From: Enoplolaimus lenunculus
Taxonomy: Eukaryota
Direction: 5' to 3'
DNA length: 64,000 nt
NCBI GenBank assembly: GCA_030248215.1
Contig: JASANG010002574.1
Location: 310,001 to 374,000 of the forward strand
Numbering within the stretch: the stretch's first letter is position 1; every line of letters starts with the position of its first letter. The notes under the pieces were generated by a model. The model searched no databases and was not told where the DNA came from. It saw only the letters and a program-made list of their open reading frames with translations. Positions 63,149-64,000 of this stretch are shown here, piece after piece. A program made the translations under genes and the position numbers.

Positions 63149-63563
63149 CCATTGAGAATAGGGACCCAGGTTATAGTTTTCTAGCCGACTCGTTTTAGGC
63201 TTTAAAAGGCTTTATACTTCACGACTGCGGAAACAGAAATCCTATATTGTACGATCAAACTGCAAAATATTCAGAGATTTTAGGTGTGAAATTTGTAACG
63301 AATAGCACTGGACAGCGAGAAACGAATTGAAATTGCAATTTTTGCAATTTTGCAGTTTTCCAATTATTACACTTTTGTTTACAGTAAACAATGTTACATG
63401 AAACGTTTGGCTCATTATGTGGCCAAACAGATTATTTCGTCTGAAAGTTATCGTATAATTGTTAAAATGACCAGTTAATAATATCGTTTGATGGCCATTA
63501 ATCACCTGACGTGGTACACTTGATTTTATACTCTAAAGTGTAACGATTGACGAGACCCAAATG

Positions 63564-63750
63564 ATTATTATTATTACTATTATTATTACTATTATTATTA
63601 CTATTATTATTATTATTACTATTAATATTATTATTATTAATAATATTAATATTATTATTATTACTATTATTATTATTACTATTATTACTATTATTATTAT
63701 TATTATTATTATTCTTATTATTATTATTACTATTATTATAATTATTATTA
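63564..63750. repeat. (ATT)n microsatellite, intronic
   Basis: Seen directly. Confidence 0.9.
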
Positions 63751-63918
63751 AGCGTTATTTGTATACAATTTCTGGCCTCCTTGTAGTTTCACCCTTATGC
63801 CGCATATTGTGGATGGAGACGTTTTCAATTTCCGATTTAACACCATTTTATTATTGAAACAGCTACTGTTACTGAATTAGGTTTAAGACATTTTGGTGGT
63901 TTCAAATAAGCATTTTAC

Positions 63919-64000
63919 CTGATTGGAAATTTCCGAAATTTCCGAATGTATTTCAGCATCTGACGCACTTAGCATATCCATATCTGAATTGAAGCTTGAA
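63919..64000 (-). CDS. RAB11FIP3/4: Rab11-FIP3/4-like, exon truncated by the window edge
   Basis: SSFNSDMDMLSASDAEIHSEISEISNQ ending at CAG|GTAAAA, phase 0, joins VNRIQQ exon. Confidence 0.65.

Overview
AT-rich, intron-containing animal DNA, most likely a nematode with a repeat-rich genome (TTTCAG splice acceptors, abundant TTAGGC telomere-type repeats; the taxon is an inference). No prokaryotic features and no CRISPR array. Four protein-coding loci can be assembled by hand: (1) the first coding exon of an unidentified minus-strand gene (18404-17955); (2) a 5-exon plus-strand gene for a single-VWA-domain, probably secreted protein with a degenerate MIDAS (37241-45885, first exon not fixed); (3) a 2-exon plus-strand gene for a secreted, Lys/Glu-rich repeat protein with signal peptide and R-x-x-R sites (53137-55547); (4) the 3' half of a Rab11-FIP3/4 (Nuf/RFIP-1 type) gene on the minus strand (>64000-58691). 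Most of the rest is nested non-autonomous DNA transposons. These include about 30 GG-terminal, 8-bp-TSD (Merlin-like) MITEs carrying TTAGGC arrays, hAT, CACTG/CMC, PIF-Harbinger, ISL2EU-like and Tc1/mariner-type MITEs, a TTAA (piggyBac-type) MITE carrying a tRNA-Gly-like Pol III module, and a DINE-1/HINE-type Helentron derivative holding a higher-order satellite array. There is also a tRNA-Thr(GGT)-like pseudogene or SINE head and several mini/microsatellites. Most ORFs in the supplied track are spurious repeat translations.
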